Shown: positions 46,044-56,422, numbered from the stretch's first letter. The stretch is 64,000 bases of DNA from an uncultured Gammaproteobacteria bacterium (GCA_963749775.1 CAVVPB010000003.1:402004-466003), one strand, 5' to 3'. Notes: a model not told the origin generated them from the sequence alone. Numbers and translations are program-made.

Positions 46044-46496
46044 CTACGGCTGCGACCCGATAAACTGTTTGATCTGCGCGCTCCATTCCGGCCCCGCTAT
46101 CTTGTCGCGCGCGGCCAGATGTCTCACCCGCTCGTTGGCGGCCTCCGCGAGCGCGGTGCGATCATAGGTTACCTCGACATGGGTCGATGATCCGCTCCGC
46201 CTTAGTTTCAGGGTTATCACGGTAACGACGATGTTGGGTACCACGTAGACGTATTGGATTCGGTTTGCTTCCGGATCAAGAGAAGTATTTACCCAGATGG
46301 CGGTTTCATCGCCATCCGCGATCTCGAAAACCATGCCCTGTTGATCGTTCGCCACCGGCGGCCAAACAAACCTGGGGCGCCAGCCGGGAGCCCAGTCCTG
46401 TTCTCTCTTTGCTCCAAACAGCGGCCAAGCGCTTTCGAGCGGCGCCTCGACGCAGAATTCGAAATGCTCGTGGGTGTGCACGCGCGGCGCCCTCAT
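46044..46496 (-). CDS. SRPBCC-superfamily protein
   Basis: 150 aa, ..FEFCVEAPLESAWPLFG..VTVITLKL..THVEVTYDRTAL... ATGA overlap with the upstream small gene. Confidence 0.55.
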   Translation of the reverse strand: MRAPRVHTHEHFEFCVEAPLESAWPLFGAKREQDWAPGWRPRFVWPPVANDQQGMVFEIADGDETAIWVNTSLDPEANRIQYVYVVPNIVVTVITLKLRRSGSSTHVEVTYDRTALAEAANERVRHLAARDKIAGPEWSAQIKQFIGSQP

Positions 46497-46741
46497 GACT
46501 GTTTCTCCCTTAGTTTGTGGCTGTCGCCGGCGCGAAGCGGCATGTTGTAGATCTTCCTGAGCTCGCCGATCTGGCCTAAGGTCTCTTTGGAGAACGGCGC
46601 CTTGCCTTCAAACGCGTGCAGCACGATACCCTCGAGCAAGTCCCCGAGCGTAAGATCCTTCAGCTCGGCCAACGCCTTCAGTGTCTTCAAGAGACGCTTT
46701 TCGATTCGAATTCCGGTCTGAACCCGCTCAACATCAATCAT
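46493..46741 (-). CDS. Small RHH-like DNA-binding protein candidate (82 aa)
   Basis: MIDVERVQTGIRIEKRLLKTLKALAELKDLTLGDLLEGIVLHAF... Preferred start is ATG 46741. The ORF track extends to 46780. Confidence 0.45.
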   Translation of the reverse strand: MIDVERVQTGIRIEKRLLKTLKALAELKDLTLGDLLEGIVLHAFEGKAPFSKETLGQIGELRKIYNMPLRAGDSHKLREKQS

Positions 46742-46760
46742 GACGCGCTCCGGTGATGGT

Positions 46761-46790
46761 ATTAATATACAAATGTACATATATATTACA
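46761..46790. promoter_or_regulatory. AT-rich island with imperfect dyad around TGTACA in a divergent promoter region
   Basis: attaatatacaaatgtacatatatattaca stands out against GC-rich flanks. It lies between the RHH-like gene (-) and the DUF1800 gene (+). Confidence 0.4.
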
Positions 46791-46863
46791 GGCGCGTAAT
46801 CGACGCGTCAAAAGCCCCGGGGGAGAGCTCGGCTGTCAACGCGATTAGACAGCGTCCGTTAGC

Positions 46864-48450
46864 ATGGATGAGGATATCCGTGGAGGCCTCGTGCACCGGC
46901 CAGATGCCAGACGATCTGCGGGGATGAGATTTGTGGTCGCAGGACTGTTCACTGCACTGGCAGCCGGTTGCGCCGCGCGTGGGCCCCCTGCCGACTCGGC
47001 CTCGGCGCCGCTCTTGCATCGCGAGGATCTACTGTGGATCGAACGCACGTCTTTCGGTCTCGATACCGCGAGCGTCTTGAACTATCGCCGGCTTGGACGC
47101 GAAGTGTATCTCGACCGCCAGCTGCACCCGCGCGAGGAAGCGCTGCCGGCGCCGATCGCTGCGCAGATCGGTGCACTCGAGGTGACCCGTTTGGATCCCC
47201 AGTCATTGCTTGCCGAAGTCAACGCGAAATACAAGTCCATCAATGCGATGTCCGACGGGCCCGACAAGGAGCAGGCGCGCAAGGCGCTCAACGAGCACGG
47301 TAATAAATTGGCGTATGAAGCCACCCGCCGCGACCTGCTGCGTGCGGTGTATTCACCGGACCAGCTGCGAGAGCAAATGGTTTGGTTCTGGCTCAATCAC
47401 TTCAGTGTGTTTCAGTACAAGGCCAATCTGCGCTGGTTGGTCGGCGACTACGAGGAGCGCGCCATCAGACCCAATGTCTTCGGGCACTTCAAGGATCTGG
47501 CTCTTGCCGTGCTCGAGCATCCGGCCATGCTGCAGTATCTGGACAACAACCAGAATGCCGTTGGGCACATCAATGAAAATTATGCGCGCGAGCTGATGGA
47601 ACTGCACACGCTGGGAGTCGAAGGGGGCTATTCACAGCAGGATGTGCAGGAGCTGGCGCGGGTGTTGACCGGGGTGGGCGTGAATGCAGGCGATGCGCCG
47701 CATCTTAAGGCTGATTGGCAGCGGTTGTACCTTCGCAGCGGCGCCTTTGAATTCAATCCCGCCCGGCACGACTTCGGCAGCAAGACGCTTCTTGGCCATG
47801 CCATCAAGTCGACGGGCTTTGCTGAAGTCGAGGAGGCCGTCGACCTGATCGTCAGGCAGCCCGCCTGTGCCCGCTTCATATCACGCAAACTGGCCATCTA
47901 TTTCGTCGCGGACAATCCTCCGGCACCCCTGGTTGAGCGAATGGCGCAGACCTTTCTGCGCACCAACGGCGACATCACCGCGGTGCTGCGCGTCATGTTT
48001 CTGTCTCGAGAATTCAACGCAGCCCTCGGCGGTAAATTCAAGGATCCGGTGCGCTTCGTGGTGTCGGCCGTGCGCTTTGCCTACGACGACAGGCCGATTA
48101 GCAATACACGGCCCATGCTCAATTGGCTCAACTCGCTCGGTGAGGGGCCTTATGGCCGCCAGACTCCCGACGGTTATCCCTTAACCGAACTGAACTGGGC
48201 CAGCTCGGGCCAAATGAGCCGGCGTTTTGAGATCGCCCGCGCAATCGGCGCGGGCAATGCCGGCCTGTTCGACCCGCAAGAGGGCGGCGCGGCAAGTGCC
48301 GGCGGTTTCCCGCAGCTGTCGAGTCGGCTGTACTTCGAGGCGGTCGAGCCGCTGCTTGCGACGCGCACCAAGGATGCGCTCAATCGCGCGAACTCGCAGC
48401 AGGAATGGAACCTGTTCCTGCTCTCATCGCCGGATTTCAGCTATGAATAG
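46864..48450 (+). CDS. DUF1800 family protein
   Basis: ..WFWLNHFSVF..ENYARELMELHTLGV..GYSQQDV.. The ATG at 46924 (MRFVVAGLFTALAAGCA, lipobox-like) is an alternative start. Confidence 0.75.
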   Translation: MDEDIRGGLVHRPDARRSAGMRFVVAGLFTALAAGCAARGPPADSASAPLLHREDLLWIERTSFGLDTASVLNYRRLGREVYLDRQLHPREEALPAPIAAQIGALEVTRLDPQSLLAEVNAKYKSINAMSDGPDKEQARKALNEHGNKLAYEATRRDLLRAVYSPDQLREQMVWFWLNHFSVFQYKANLRWLVGDYEERAIRPNVFGHFKDLALAVLEHPAMLQYLDNNQNAVGHINENYARELMELHTLGVEGGYSQQDVQELARVLTGVGVNAGDAPHLKADWQRLYLRSGAFEFNPARHDFGSKTLLGHAIKSTGFAEVEEAVDLIVRQPACARFISRKLAIYFVADNPPAPLVERMAQTFLRTNGDITAVLRVMFLSREFNAALGGKFKDPVRFVVSAVRFAYDDRPISNTRPMLNWLNSLGEGPYGRQTPDGYPLTELNWASSGQMSRRFEIARAIGAGNAGLFDPQEGGAASAGGFPQLSSRLYFEAVEPLLATRTKDALNRANSQQEWNLFLLSSPDFSYE

Positions 48451-49657
48451 GTCTTCAGATCGACGGCATTTCCTGAAACTGAGCGCCGCCGCGCTGCTCA
48501 GCGCCGGCGTCACGGGCCGTTTATATGCCGCGCCCAGCGCGGGGCCGCGTTTTCTGCTGGTGTTCCTGCGCGGTGGTTATGATTCCACCAATCTGTTGAT
48601 TCCGTATACCAGCAGCTACTACTACGAAGCACGTCCGACTATAGCCATCGCCAGGCCCGACCTGGCATCGAATACCGGCGCCCTCGCGTTAGATGCCGAT
48701 TGGGCACTTGCACCCGCGGTGCGCGAGACCATCGGAGCCATGTACTCGCAGCGCCAGGTGGCCTTCGTGCCATTTGCGGGTACCGATGATTTGTCGCGCA
48801 GTCACTTCGAGACTCAAGACTGCATCGAGCTCGGACAACCATTGGTCGGCTCGCGCAACTATCGCTCGGGCTTTCTCGGCCGTCTCTCGGAGATCTTGGT
48901 CGGCCCCACCGCCGTGAACTCATCGATCGCCTTTACCGACGCGTTGCCTTTGGTTTTCGCGGGAGCCGTGACCGTACCCAACCTCTCTCTCAAGAATGTC
49001 GGCAAGCCGCCCTTCGACGATCGGCAGGCCCGCATTCTCGGCGGCATGTATGCCGGACACCATTTGGAGTCGGCCGTGAGCAGCGGTCTTGAGTTGCGTC
49101 ACGAGGTGGCGCAGGAGATGGCGGATGAGATGAGTACGGCCAATCGCAACGCCATCAATACCAAGGGTTTTGAACTCGAAGCCGAACGCATGGGGCGACT
49201 GATGCGCGATAAGTATCGGATCGGATTCATCGACATCGGCGGTTGGGACACCCATGTCGGTGAGGGCGCGGCGCAGGGTGTCCTCGCGACCAATCTGAGC
49301 AGCTTAGGAAGGGGGCTGCAGGTGTTCGCGCAATCTCTCGGCGCCGAGTGGGACAACACCGTGGTGGTGGTACTCTCGGAGTTCGGTCGAACCTTTCGAG
49401 AGAACGGCAATCGGGGAACTGATCACGGTCATGGCACGGTCTATTGGGTGCTTGGCGGCTCGATCAAGGGGGGCGCCATCCTCGGAGAGCAACAACGCTT
49501 GGAACGCCGCACTTTGTTTCAAGATCGCGACTATCCGGTGCTAAACGATTATCGCGGGGTGCTGGGCGGATTGTTTCGTTCGCTCTGGAGTCTTTCGCCG
49601 AATCAGATGGCGCGCGTCTTTGATCGAACATCGCCAATTGATTTGCGCCTGGTCTGA
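48443..49657 (+). CDS. DUF1501 family protein with Tat signal
   Basis: MNRSSDRRHFLKLSAAALLSAG. ..GGWDTH..SEFGRT..NGNRGTDHGHG.. Overlaps the DUF1800 stop by 8 nt. Confidence 0.8.
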   Translation: MNRSSDRRHFLKLSAAALLSAGVTGRLYAAPSAGPRFLLVFLRGGYDSTNLLIPYTSSYYYEARPTIAIARPDLASNTGALALDADWALAPAVRETIGAMYSQRQVAFVPFAGTDDLSRSHFETQDCIELGQPLVGSRNYRSGFLGRLSEILVGPTAVNSSIAFTDALPLVFAGAVTVPNLSLKNVGKPPFDDRQARILGGMYAGHHLESAVSSGLELRHEVAQEMADEMSTANRNAINTKGFELEAERMGRLMRDKYRIGFIDIGGWDTHVGEGAAQGVLATNLSSLGRGLQVFAQSLGAEWDNTVVVVLSEFGRTFRENGNRGTDHGHGTVYWVLGGSIKGGAILGEQQRLERRTLFQDRDYPVLNDYRGVLGGLFRSLWSLSPNQMARVFDRTSPIDLRLV

Positions 49658-49689
49658 CTTGCGATTACTGTCCGACGGGGTGCGGGGAG

Positions 49690-50718
49690 ATGGCGATGAC
49701 AACAATTCTTGTAACCGGCGGATCGGGCTTTATTGGCAGCCATGCCATTGTGCAGCTCTTGGGCGCAGGCCATCGAGTGCGCGCCACGCTGCGGAGTCTA
49801 AAACGCGAGAACGACGTGCGCGCCATGCTGAAAGAGGGCGGTGCCGCGCCGGGCGAAAACTTGAGCTTCTTCGCCGCGGATCTTGAAAGCGATGCGGGCT
49901 GGCCGGAAGCGGTCGCGGGGTGTGACTACGTGTTGCACGTGGCATCACCCTTTCCCTCCAACGTTCCGCAGCACGAGGATGAGCTGATCGTGCCCGCGCG
50001 GGAAGGCGCACTGCGCGTGCTGCGGGCCTCGCGCGACGCCGGCGTCAAACGCGTGGTGCTGACTTCGTCGTTCGCGGCGATTGGCTACGGCCACAAGCCG
50101 CAAAAGACACCGTTCAACGAGACCGACTGGACGGAGATCACCGGCAACGATGTGACCGCCTACGTGAAATCCAAGACCTTGGCCGAACGCGCTGCTTGGG
50201 ATTTCATCGCCAAGGAAGGCGGGGCTCTGGAGCTTTCTGTGGTCAACCCGGTGGCCGTGTTCGGTCCCATTCTAGGGCCCGATTTCTCGACCTCGATCCT
50301 CCTCTTGCAACGCCTGATGAGCGGCGCCGTGCCGGGCTGTCCGCAGCTCACTTTCGGCGTCGTCGACGTTCGCGACGTTGCTGACTTGCACATCCGCGCC
50401 ATGACCCATCCCGCCGCCAAAGGCGAACGCTTCCTTGCCGCCACGGGCGATTTCATGTTGATACGCGATATCGCCAAGGTGCTCAAGGACCGCATGGGCG
50501 AAGCGGGCAAGAAGGTTTCGACGCGCCAACTGCCCAATTGGGTGGTGCGAATCGCCGCGCTACGAGACCCCACGATAAGACAGATCCTGCCGGAGCTCGG
50601 CAAACTGAAGTACGGTACGAATGAGAAGGCTAGGAGCCTACTGGGCTGGACGCCGCGCTCCCGGGAGGACGCCATCGTGGCCAGTGCCCAAAGCTTGGTG
50701 CGGCACGGACTGGTGTAG
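49690..50718 (+). CDS. NAD(P)-dependent SDR, aldehyde/flavonol reductase-like
   Basis: ILVTGGSGFIGSH, ..HVASP.., ..YVKSKTLAE.. (YxxxK). Confidence 0.85.
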   Translation: MAMTTILVTGGSGFIGSHAIVQLLGAGHRVRATLRSLKRENDVRAMLKEGGAAPGENLSFFAADLESDAGWPEAVAGCDYVLHVASPFPSNVPQHEDELIVPAREGALRVLRASRDAGVKRVVLTSSFAAIGYGHKPQKTPFNETDWTEITGNDVTAYVKSKTLAERAAWDFIAKEGGALELSVVNPVAVFGPILGPDFSTSILLLQRLMSGAVPGCPQLTFGVVDVRDVADLHIRAMTHPAAKGERFLAATGDFMLIRDIAKVLKDRMGEAGKKVSTRQLPNWVVRIAALRDPTIRQILPELGKLKYGTNEKARSLLGWTPRSREDAIVASAQSLVRHGLV

Positions 50719-50720
50719 GC

Positions 50721-50987
50721 CTACCGCAGCTGACTGTCCTTGCTGCCTCGGCGGTTGTATCCGGCGGACCGCGCCAGGTCGCGGTCACGATTGTCTTGGC
50801 AAGTCAGGCACATGCGAACGCCGGGAATCGCATCTCGGCGGGCTTGCGGAATCTCCAGGCCGCACTCGGCACAATGGGCTAGCCCGGGCCCGTGGGGCAA
50901 GCGGCTCTGAGCAAGGCTGACAGCGTCCTTTACGGTCGCGTCAATTTGCTCTTGCACTGCACCTTCGTTTGCCCAGCCCGTCGCCAC
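50721..50987 (-). CDS. TraR/DksA-family C4 zinc-finger protein
   Basis: CAECGLEIPQARRDAIPGVRMCLTCQ. Confidence 0.7.
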   Translation of the reverse strand: MATGWANEGAVQEQIDATVKDAVSLAQSRLPHGPGLAHCAECGLEIPQARRDAIPGVRMCLTCQDNRDRDLARSAGYNRRGSKDSQLR

Positions 50988-51153
50988 TGCGCGCTCCTGT
51001 CGCGTTGCTGCTGACCTCTATCATTGGAGCCGAAAGACCAAAACGCAAGCCCGCAGATTTTTTGGCGGGGGAGGTTGACTAACGAGAGACTTCAAGCGCA
51101 GTTAACGTTCCAGACTGAAGCGTCACCCGAGTGCAGGCTCTTAGTTTTGCGAT

Positions 51154-51185
51154 CCGCCGGTACGCGCGGATGCGCGTACCGGCGG
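51154..51185 (-). terminator. Perfect 14-bp-stem hairpin just downstream of the htrA-like gene
   Basis: ccgccggtacgcgc-ggat-gcgcgtaccggcgg. No clear U tract on the minus strand. Confidence 0.5.
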
Positions 51186-51209
51186 GACTTTGGGTGCCGG
51201 CTTGTCGAA

Positions 51210-52679
51210 TTAGCCCAGCGTCACCGGAACAAACATGCGAGCGTCACCGCGTTGAATGAGCAGCGCGATTTGCTTGCTGTGCTCCTGCACCAACTTGCGC
51301 AATTGGGCGACGCTTTCCACCGGAGTTCCGTCGACCGAAAGCACGACATCGCCCGGTTGGATACCCGCGTCGGCGGCTCGGCCTTCCGCGTCTTCGACCA
51401 CGAGGCCGCCAGCGACACCCGCTTGCCGGCGCTCCTCAGGATTTAAGGGACGCAAGGCCAAGCCTAGGCGAGCGGGGGCAGAGTCGCCCGAGGCATCATC
51501 GGCGGAAAGCTGTTTGCCGGCGGTGCCGATGGTTGCGGTCAAGGTCAGGGTTTTGCCGTCGCGCCATACCTCGAGCGGAACCTTGTCACCGGGTGTGGCA
51601 GCACCCACGCGCTGCGATAGTTGGCCGGCGTCCACAATGGCAGCGCCGTTGAACTTGAGGATCACATCGCCCACCTTGATGCCGGCTTGCGCCGCCGCCG
51701 AGTCGGGCACAACCTTGGCAACGAGGCCTCCACCGGGTGTCTTTAATTTGAACGAATCGGCCAACGATTGATCCACCGTTTGCACCTCGACGCCCAATCG
51801 CGCATGCACCACTTTGCCGGTCTTCACGATTTGGTCTTTGATCTGCACGGCGAGATTGATCGGGATGGCGAATGACACGCCTTGGTAGCCGCCCGAATTG
51901 CTATAGATCTGGGAGTTAATGCCCACAACCGAGCCGTTGGCATCAAATAGCGGGCCGCCGGAATTGCCGGGGTTGACTGCCGCATCCGTCTGAATGAAGG
52001 GAACATAGCCGTCGCCGGGCAGGGAGCGGCCCTTCGCACTGACGATTCCGGCGGTGGCGGTTTCCTCGAGGCCGAAGGGTTCGCCAATCGCAAGGACGTA
52101 GTCGCCAACCCCGATTTGATCCGAATCGCCCAGGCTGACCACGGGCAGATTGTGGCCGTCGATCTTCAGCACGGCAATGTCGCTGCTTTTATCGGCTCCC
52201 AATACTTTGGCTTTGAATTCGCGATGGTCGGATAGCTTGACAGTGACCTCCTTCGCGCCGTCCACGACATGCGCATTGGTCAGCACCAGGCCGTCGGAAG
52301 AAATCAAAAATCCGGAGCCCTGTGCGTGCTGCACCCCATGCGGCCGGGGCATCGGCAGTCCGCGGAAGAACTGTCCCAGCGGACCGTCGTCATCGCCGTT
52401 GGGCACTCCTTGTCTAGACTCTTGGGTAGCGGTGTTCATGGGACCCGCGGTCGTGATGCCGACAACCGCCGCCTGATTGCGTGCCACGATTGCGCGATAG
52501 TTCGGCGCTGTGATCAAGGGAATGGGCTGCGGTGGCGTGTGACTCGAATCGGCCACGGCCGGTGCCGCTGTTGTCGAGGCCGCGGTCGACAATAATGCGT
52601 GGGCGGAAAGGCCCGTGGCGGTACCGACGGCGAGCAAGCCTGCTGCCGACCATACCAGGTGTCTGTTGCGAAGCTGCAT
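51210..52679 (-). CDS. HtrA/DegP/DegQ-family periplasmic serine protease with two PDZ domains
   Basis: AGGAG-N5-ATG at 52679. ..GSGFLISSDGLVLTNAHVV..DIAVLKI..TDAAVNPGNSGGPL.. Two PDZ-like repeats (..GIKVGDVILKFNG.., ..GIQPGDVVLSVDG..). Confidence 0.9.
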   Translation of the reverse strand: MQLRNRHLVWSAAGLLAVGTATGLSAHALLSTAASTTAAPAVADSSHTPPQPIPLITAPNYRAIVARNQAAVVGITTAGPMNTATQESRQGVPNGDDDGPLGQFFRGLPMPRPHGVQHAQGSGFLISSDGLVLTNAHVVDGAKEVTVKLSDHREFKAKVLGADKSSDIAVLKIDGHNLPVVSLGDSDQIGVGDYVLAIGEPFGLEETATAGIVSAKGRSLPGDGYVPFIQTDAAVNPGNSGGPLFDANGSVVGINSQIYSNSGGYQGVSFAIPINLAVQIKDQIVKTGKVVHARLGVEVQTVDQSLADSFKLKTPGGGLVAKVVPDSAAAQAGIKVGDVILKFNGAAIVDAGQLSQRVGAATPGDKVPLEVWRDGKTLTLTATIGTAGKQLSADDASGDSAPARLGLALRPLNPEERRQAGVAGGLVVEDAEGRAADAGIQPGDVVLSVDGTPVESVAQLRKLVQEHSKQIALLIQRGDARMFVPVTLG

Positions 52680-52749
52680 GTGATCTCCTGTTAAATGCCA
52701 TGGAGCCATTGCTCCGAAGGCAGCTTCACATGACTTGCTTAAGTGAGTC

Positions 52750-54054
52750 TTAAGACGCGAGAGGAAAGCCCACGGTGACGTGCAGACCGCCTCCCGCTGC
52801 CTCCTGGAGGCTTACGTGTGCGCCGTGGCGTTGTGCGATGGCCCTGACAATCGCAAGCCCAAGCCCGGTACCGCTTTCCTGCGCCGCAGCGCGTCGATAA
52901 AAGCGATCGAATACCCGCTCCCGGTCCGCCGGGGCGATTCCGGGGCCCGTGTCCATGACTTCGAGCGTCGCTTCGCCGGGCGCAATCGCACACCTGACCT
53001 GAACCGATCCCTGGGTCGGCGTGTAGCGAACGGCGTTGTCGACCAGGTTGCGCACCAGCGTGCGCAGGCCTTCGCGATCGCCGCGAACCAGAATATTCGG
53101 CGGCGAGTCGAGACTAAGATCGATGCCGCGCGCTCGGGCCAGATCGTGGGTATCGGTGATGCCCTCGGCCGCTGCGGCCGACAAGTCCACGACCTCAAAG
53201 TCGGGCACGGTCTCCTGGGGCTCGCTGCGCGCCAGCGCCAGCAACTGCTCGACCAGGTGAATCGCGCGTTCGACCGCTGCGCCAAGACGCCCTCGCGCCT
53301 CGATCCGCGCCGCCTCATCCGGCGCACGATCCAGCAATTGCAGCTGTAGCCGCAGCGCCGTGAGCGGCGAGCGCAGCTCGTGTGCGGCATCGGATATGAA
53401 GGCGCGTTGCGCCGAGAAGGACTGCTGCAGGCGCGCCAGCAGCCGGTTCAGCTCGCTGACCAGCGGCTCGATCTCGCGCGGCAGATTGTCGGTCCCCAGC
53501 GCCGCCAGGCTGCGTACATCGCGCCGCTGAACCTCGGCGGTGATGTCGCGCAACGGCAGCAAGCCGCGATGGACGATCCATGCAGCCGCGATAATCATGA
53601 TCGGCAACAGCAGAATCGTCGGTATCACGACCCTTGCCGCGGCCGCCCGCGCCAAGCTTTCACGGACCCGCAGCGGCTGGGCGATCTGAATCACGCCCTC
53701 GGCCGTCTGCAATCCATAAGCCCGCCAGGGCTCTCCGCGCAAGGATAAGTCCGCGTAACCTAACACGGTCAGATTGATCATCGGCAAGCCGGGCCGCGAC
53801 AGATAAGTGCGTGCGCCGAAGACATCCCAGATTTGGACCACAAAGTCACTGTCACCCTGGTCGGGGGGCACCTCGATGCGCGGCGCGACGGAAATTTGGC
53901 CGCGCAGGGAGAGCGCCATTTGACGCAGCTGATAGTCGAACAGCGCCGACGTTTCGTCTAATACGCGCCGGTAAGTAACCGCGGCCGCGAGCAGCGAGAT
54001 CAGCGCGACGAGCACTATCAAGGCAACCAGCAGTTGGGTGCGGATGGATTTCAT
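52750..54054 (-). CDS. Sensor histidine kinase (QseC/PhoQ-like two-TM topology)
   Basis: ATG 54054 overlaps the regulator stop (ATGA). TM1 LLVALIVLVALISLLAAAV. H-box SDAAHELRSPLTAL. Also NLVDNAVRYT, DTGPGI and GTGLGLAIV. Confidence 0.85.
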   Translation of the reverse strand: MKSIRTQLLVALIVLVALISLLAAAVTYRRVLDETSALFDYQLRQMALSLRGQISVAPRIEVPPDQGDSDFVVQIWDVFGARTYLSRPGLPMINLTVLGYADLSLRGEPWRAYGLQTAEGVIQIAQPLRVRESLARAAAARVVIPTILLLPIMIIAAAWIVHRGLLPLRDITAEVQRRDVRSLAALGTDNLPREIEPLVSELNRLLARLQQSFSAQRAFISDAAHELRSPLTALRLQLQLLDRAPDEAARIEARGRLGAAVERAIHLVEQLLALARSEPQETVPDFEVVDLSAAAAEGITDTHDLARARGIDLSLDSPPNILVRGDREGLRTLVRNLVDNAVRYTPTQGSVQVRCAIAPGEATLEVMDTGPGIAPADRERVFDRFYRRAAAQESGTGLGLAIVRAIAQRHGAHVSLQEAAGGGLHVTVGFPLAS

Positions 54055-54707
54055 TTGGGAATGAAGTACCCGACGCCGCGCAACGTCTGAATGGTCTCGC
54101 TGCCGAGCTTGCGTCGCAAACCGTGAATGTAGACCTCGATGGCATTGCTGCCGATCTGTTCGTCCCAACCGTACAGGCGGTCCTCCAACTGCAGTCGAGA
54201 CAACACCGCTCCCGGGCGCTGCAGCAACGCCTCCAACACCGCGAATTCGTGGGCCGACAAATTCACCGCAACTCCGCTGCGTTCAACCGTGTGCGACACC
54301 GGATCAAGGCGCAGCTCGCCGTGCTGGATGCTGGAATCGCCGCGTCCGGCGGCGCGACGCAGAACCGAGCGCATGCGCGCCATGACTTCGTCAAGGTCGA
54401 AAGGCTTGACGATGTAGTCATCGGCGCCTGCATCGAGGCCCGCCACACGATGCTGAATCTCATCGCGCGCGGTGACAATGATCACCGGCGTTAGATTGCC
54501 GCGTTTGCGCAGATCCCGCAGAACCTCTATCCCGTCGCGCTGTGGCAATCCCAGATCGAGCAGCACCACGTCGAAGGCCGATGTCTGCAGCGCATGGCTT
54601 GCGCTATTGCCGTCGCGCATCCAATCGACGGCGAAGCCGCCCTGGCGCAGCGCCGTTTGCAGGCCTTGCGCAATCATGGCGTCGTCTTCAACGAGCAACA
54701 CACGCAT
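54051..54707 (-). CDS. OmpR/PhoB-family response regulator
   Basis: MRVLLVEDD, VVLLDLGLPQRDG, IIVTARD, YIVKPF and the winged helix ..LSAHEFAVLEALL..IEVYIHGLRRKL. Confidence 0.9.
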   Translation of the reverse strand: MRVLLVEDDAMIAQGLQTALRQGGFAVDWMRDGNSASHALQTSAFDVVLLDLGLPQRDGIEVLRDLRKRGNLTPVIIVTARDEIQHRVAGLDAGADDYIVKPFDLDEVMARMRSVLRRAAGRGDSSIQHGELRLDPVSHTVERSGVAVNLSAHEFAVLEALLQRPGAVLSRLQLEDRLYGWDEQIGSNAIEVYIHGLRRKLGSETIQTLRGVGYFIPK

Positions 54708-54922
54708 ATCGCATCGCCCTCGTCCTCAATCGCCTGGTTTGCTTGTCATAACGCAGCCGAAATTATGAGCCAACGCATCGATGACCGTTCCGTTCAGGGG
54801 GCCTGTCCGGCACCTACGCGAGAATACCGTATCGGGGCGCGCCAAAATCTTATCCGAACCATGTCCTCGTCCGCTCACGCAATCCGATTTATCTCATAGG
54901 TGACTTAAAGGGAGCACGAGCC

Positions 54923-56422
54923 ATGTCCAAACCCAACTCTGGGGTGTTGCGCGCCTCGCCACCGGCGGCATTGTTGATGGTCATTGTGGCTAATCTGAGT
55001 GCGGCGCATGCAGTTGCACAGGACCTTGGTGGCAAGCAATTATTTCCGGATCCGACGGGCACGCTCGAGACATTCAACGTCAACGGCCGCGTCGACACCA
55101 AGGGCGCGTTCTTCCAAAGCTTGGGTACCAACGGTCGAAGCTGCTCCACGTGTCATGTGGCCGACCAGGCCATGAGCATCTCCCCGCCACAGATTCGCCA
55201 GCGCTTTGAGCAGACTAACGGTCGCGATCCTCTGTTTGCCGCATTCGATGGAGCGAACTGCAGCAATGCAAAACCCGGGGTCGCCGCCTCCCATAGCCTG
55301 CTGTTGTCGCACGGATTGATACGCATTCCGTTGGCCGTCCCAGCCAAGGCCCAATTCACGGTAACCGTCGTCCACGATCCTTATGGCTGCGCATTGGTCT
55401 TCGATTCGAGTACCGGGCAGATGATGCTATCGACCTACCGTCGGCCGCTTCCGACCACGAATCTGCGCTTCCTCAGCACCCTGATGTTCGACGGCCGCGA
55501 ATCGCCCGCAACGTCGGCGCTGAATAATAAGGCAACCTTTGCCGCCAACCTGCAAGCGGACCTGAAACAACAGGCGACGGACGCCACGTTGGGCCATGCG
55601 CAAGCCGCGCACGCGCCGACCAGCGATCAGCTCGCTGATATCGTGAGCTTCGAGATGGGCTTGTCGACCGCGCAGCTCGATGATCGACTTGCCGGAAGGC
55701 TCGATCACGACGGTGCGCTGGGGGGCGCGCTTAATCTGGTCACTGAAACCTACTATCCGGGCATCAACGATGTGCTGGGCGCGGATCCGGACGGAATAGC
55801 CTTTGACAAGACCAGCATGACGCTATTTGCCGCTTGGGAGAACGGCGGTCATGACCCCGACGATCGCCGAGCCGCCCGCCGCGACATTGCGGCGGGAGAA
55901 GAGCTGTTCAACACGGCGGCGCTGAGCATCAGTGCGGTGCGCGGTCTTAACGACAACGCCGCGCTCGGCAGCCCCGTGTCGTTCAAAGGGACTTGCACGA
56001 CCTGCCACGATGCGCCGAACGTGGGCGATCATTCCCTGCCGCTGCCTTTGGATATCGGGGTCGGCCATACGCCGCGTGCAGGATTCGAGAACGACCCTAA
56101 TATCGAGAAAGCAATTGCAGAACTCGACCAACCGGACTTGCCGGTGTTTCTGGTCAGCGGTTGTCCCACGCCTTTTAGCGCGGGTCAGCCGGTCTCTTTT
56201 TACACCACGGACTTGGGCAAGGGCATGATCAGCGGGCTGTGCAGCGATCTGAATCGAGTGAAGGGCCCGATTCTTCGCGGCTTGGCGGGCAGGGCGCCAT
56301 ACTTTCACAATGGTTCCGCGGCGACCCTGCTGCAGGCCGTGAATTTCTACAATCAGCGATTTTCCATGCATCTCACGGAGGAGCAGAAGCGCCAGCTCGT
56401 TGCCTTCCTGAATTCCTTGTAG
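54923..56422 (+). CDS. Secreted di-haem c-type cytochrome, peroxidase-like
   Basis: AGGGAG RBS. Signal peptide. Two CXXCH motifs (CSTCH and CTTCH). C-terminal ..APYFHNGSAATL.. Confidence 0.6.
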   Translation: MSKPNSGVLRASPPAALLMVIVANLSAAHAVAQDLGGKQLFPDPTGTLETFNVNGRVDTKGAFFQSLGTNGRSCSTCHVADQAMSISPPQIRQRFEQTNGRDPLFAAFDGANCSNAKPGVAASHSLLLSHGLIRIPLAVPAKAQFTVTVVHDPYGCALVFDSSTGQMMLSTYRRPLPTTNLRFLSTLMFDGRESPATSALNNKATFAANLQADLKQQATDATLGHAQAAHAPTSDQLADIVSFEMGLSTAQLDDRLAGRLDHDGALGGALNLVTETYYPGINDVLGADPDGIAFDKTSMTLFAAWENGGHDPDDRRAARRDIAAGEELFNTAALSISAVRGLNDNAALGSPVSFKGTCTTCHDAPNVGDHSLPLPLDIGVGHTPRAGFENDPNIEKAIAELDQPDLPVFLVSGCPTPFSAGQPVSFYTTDLGKGMISGLCSDLNRVKGPILRGLAGRAPYFHNGSAATLLQAVNFYNQRFSMHLTEEQKRQLVAFLNSL

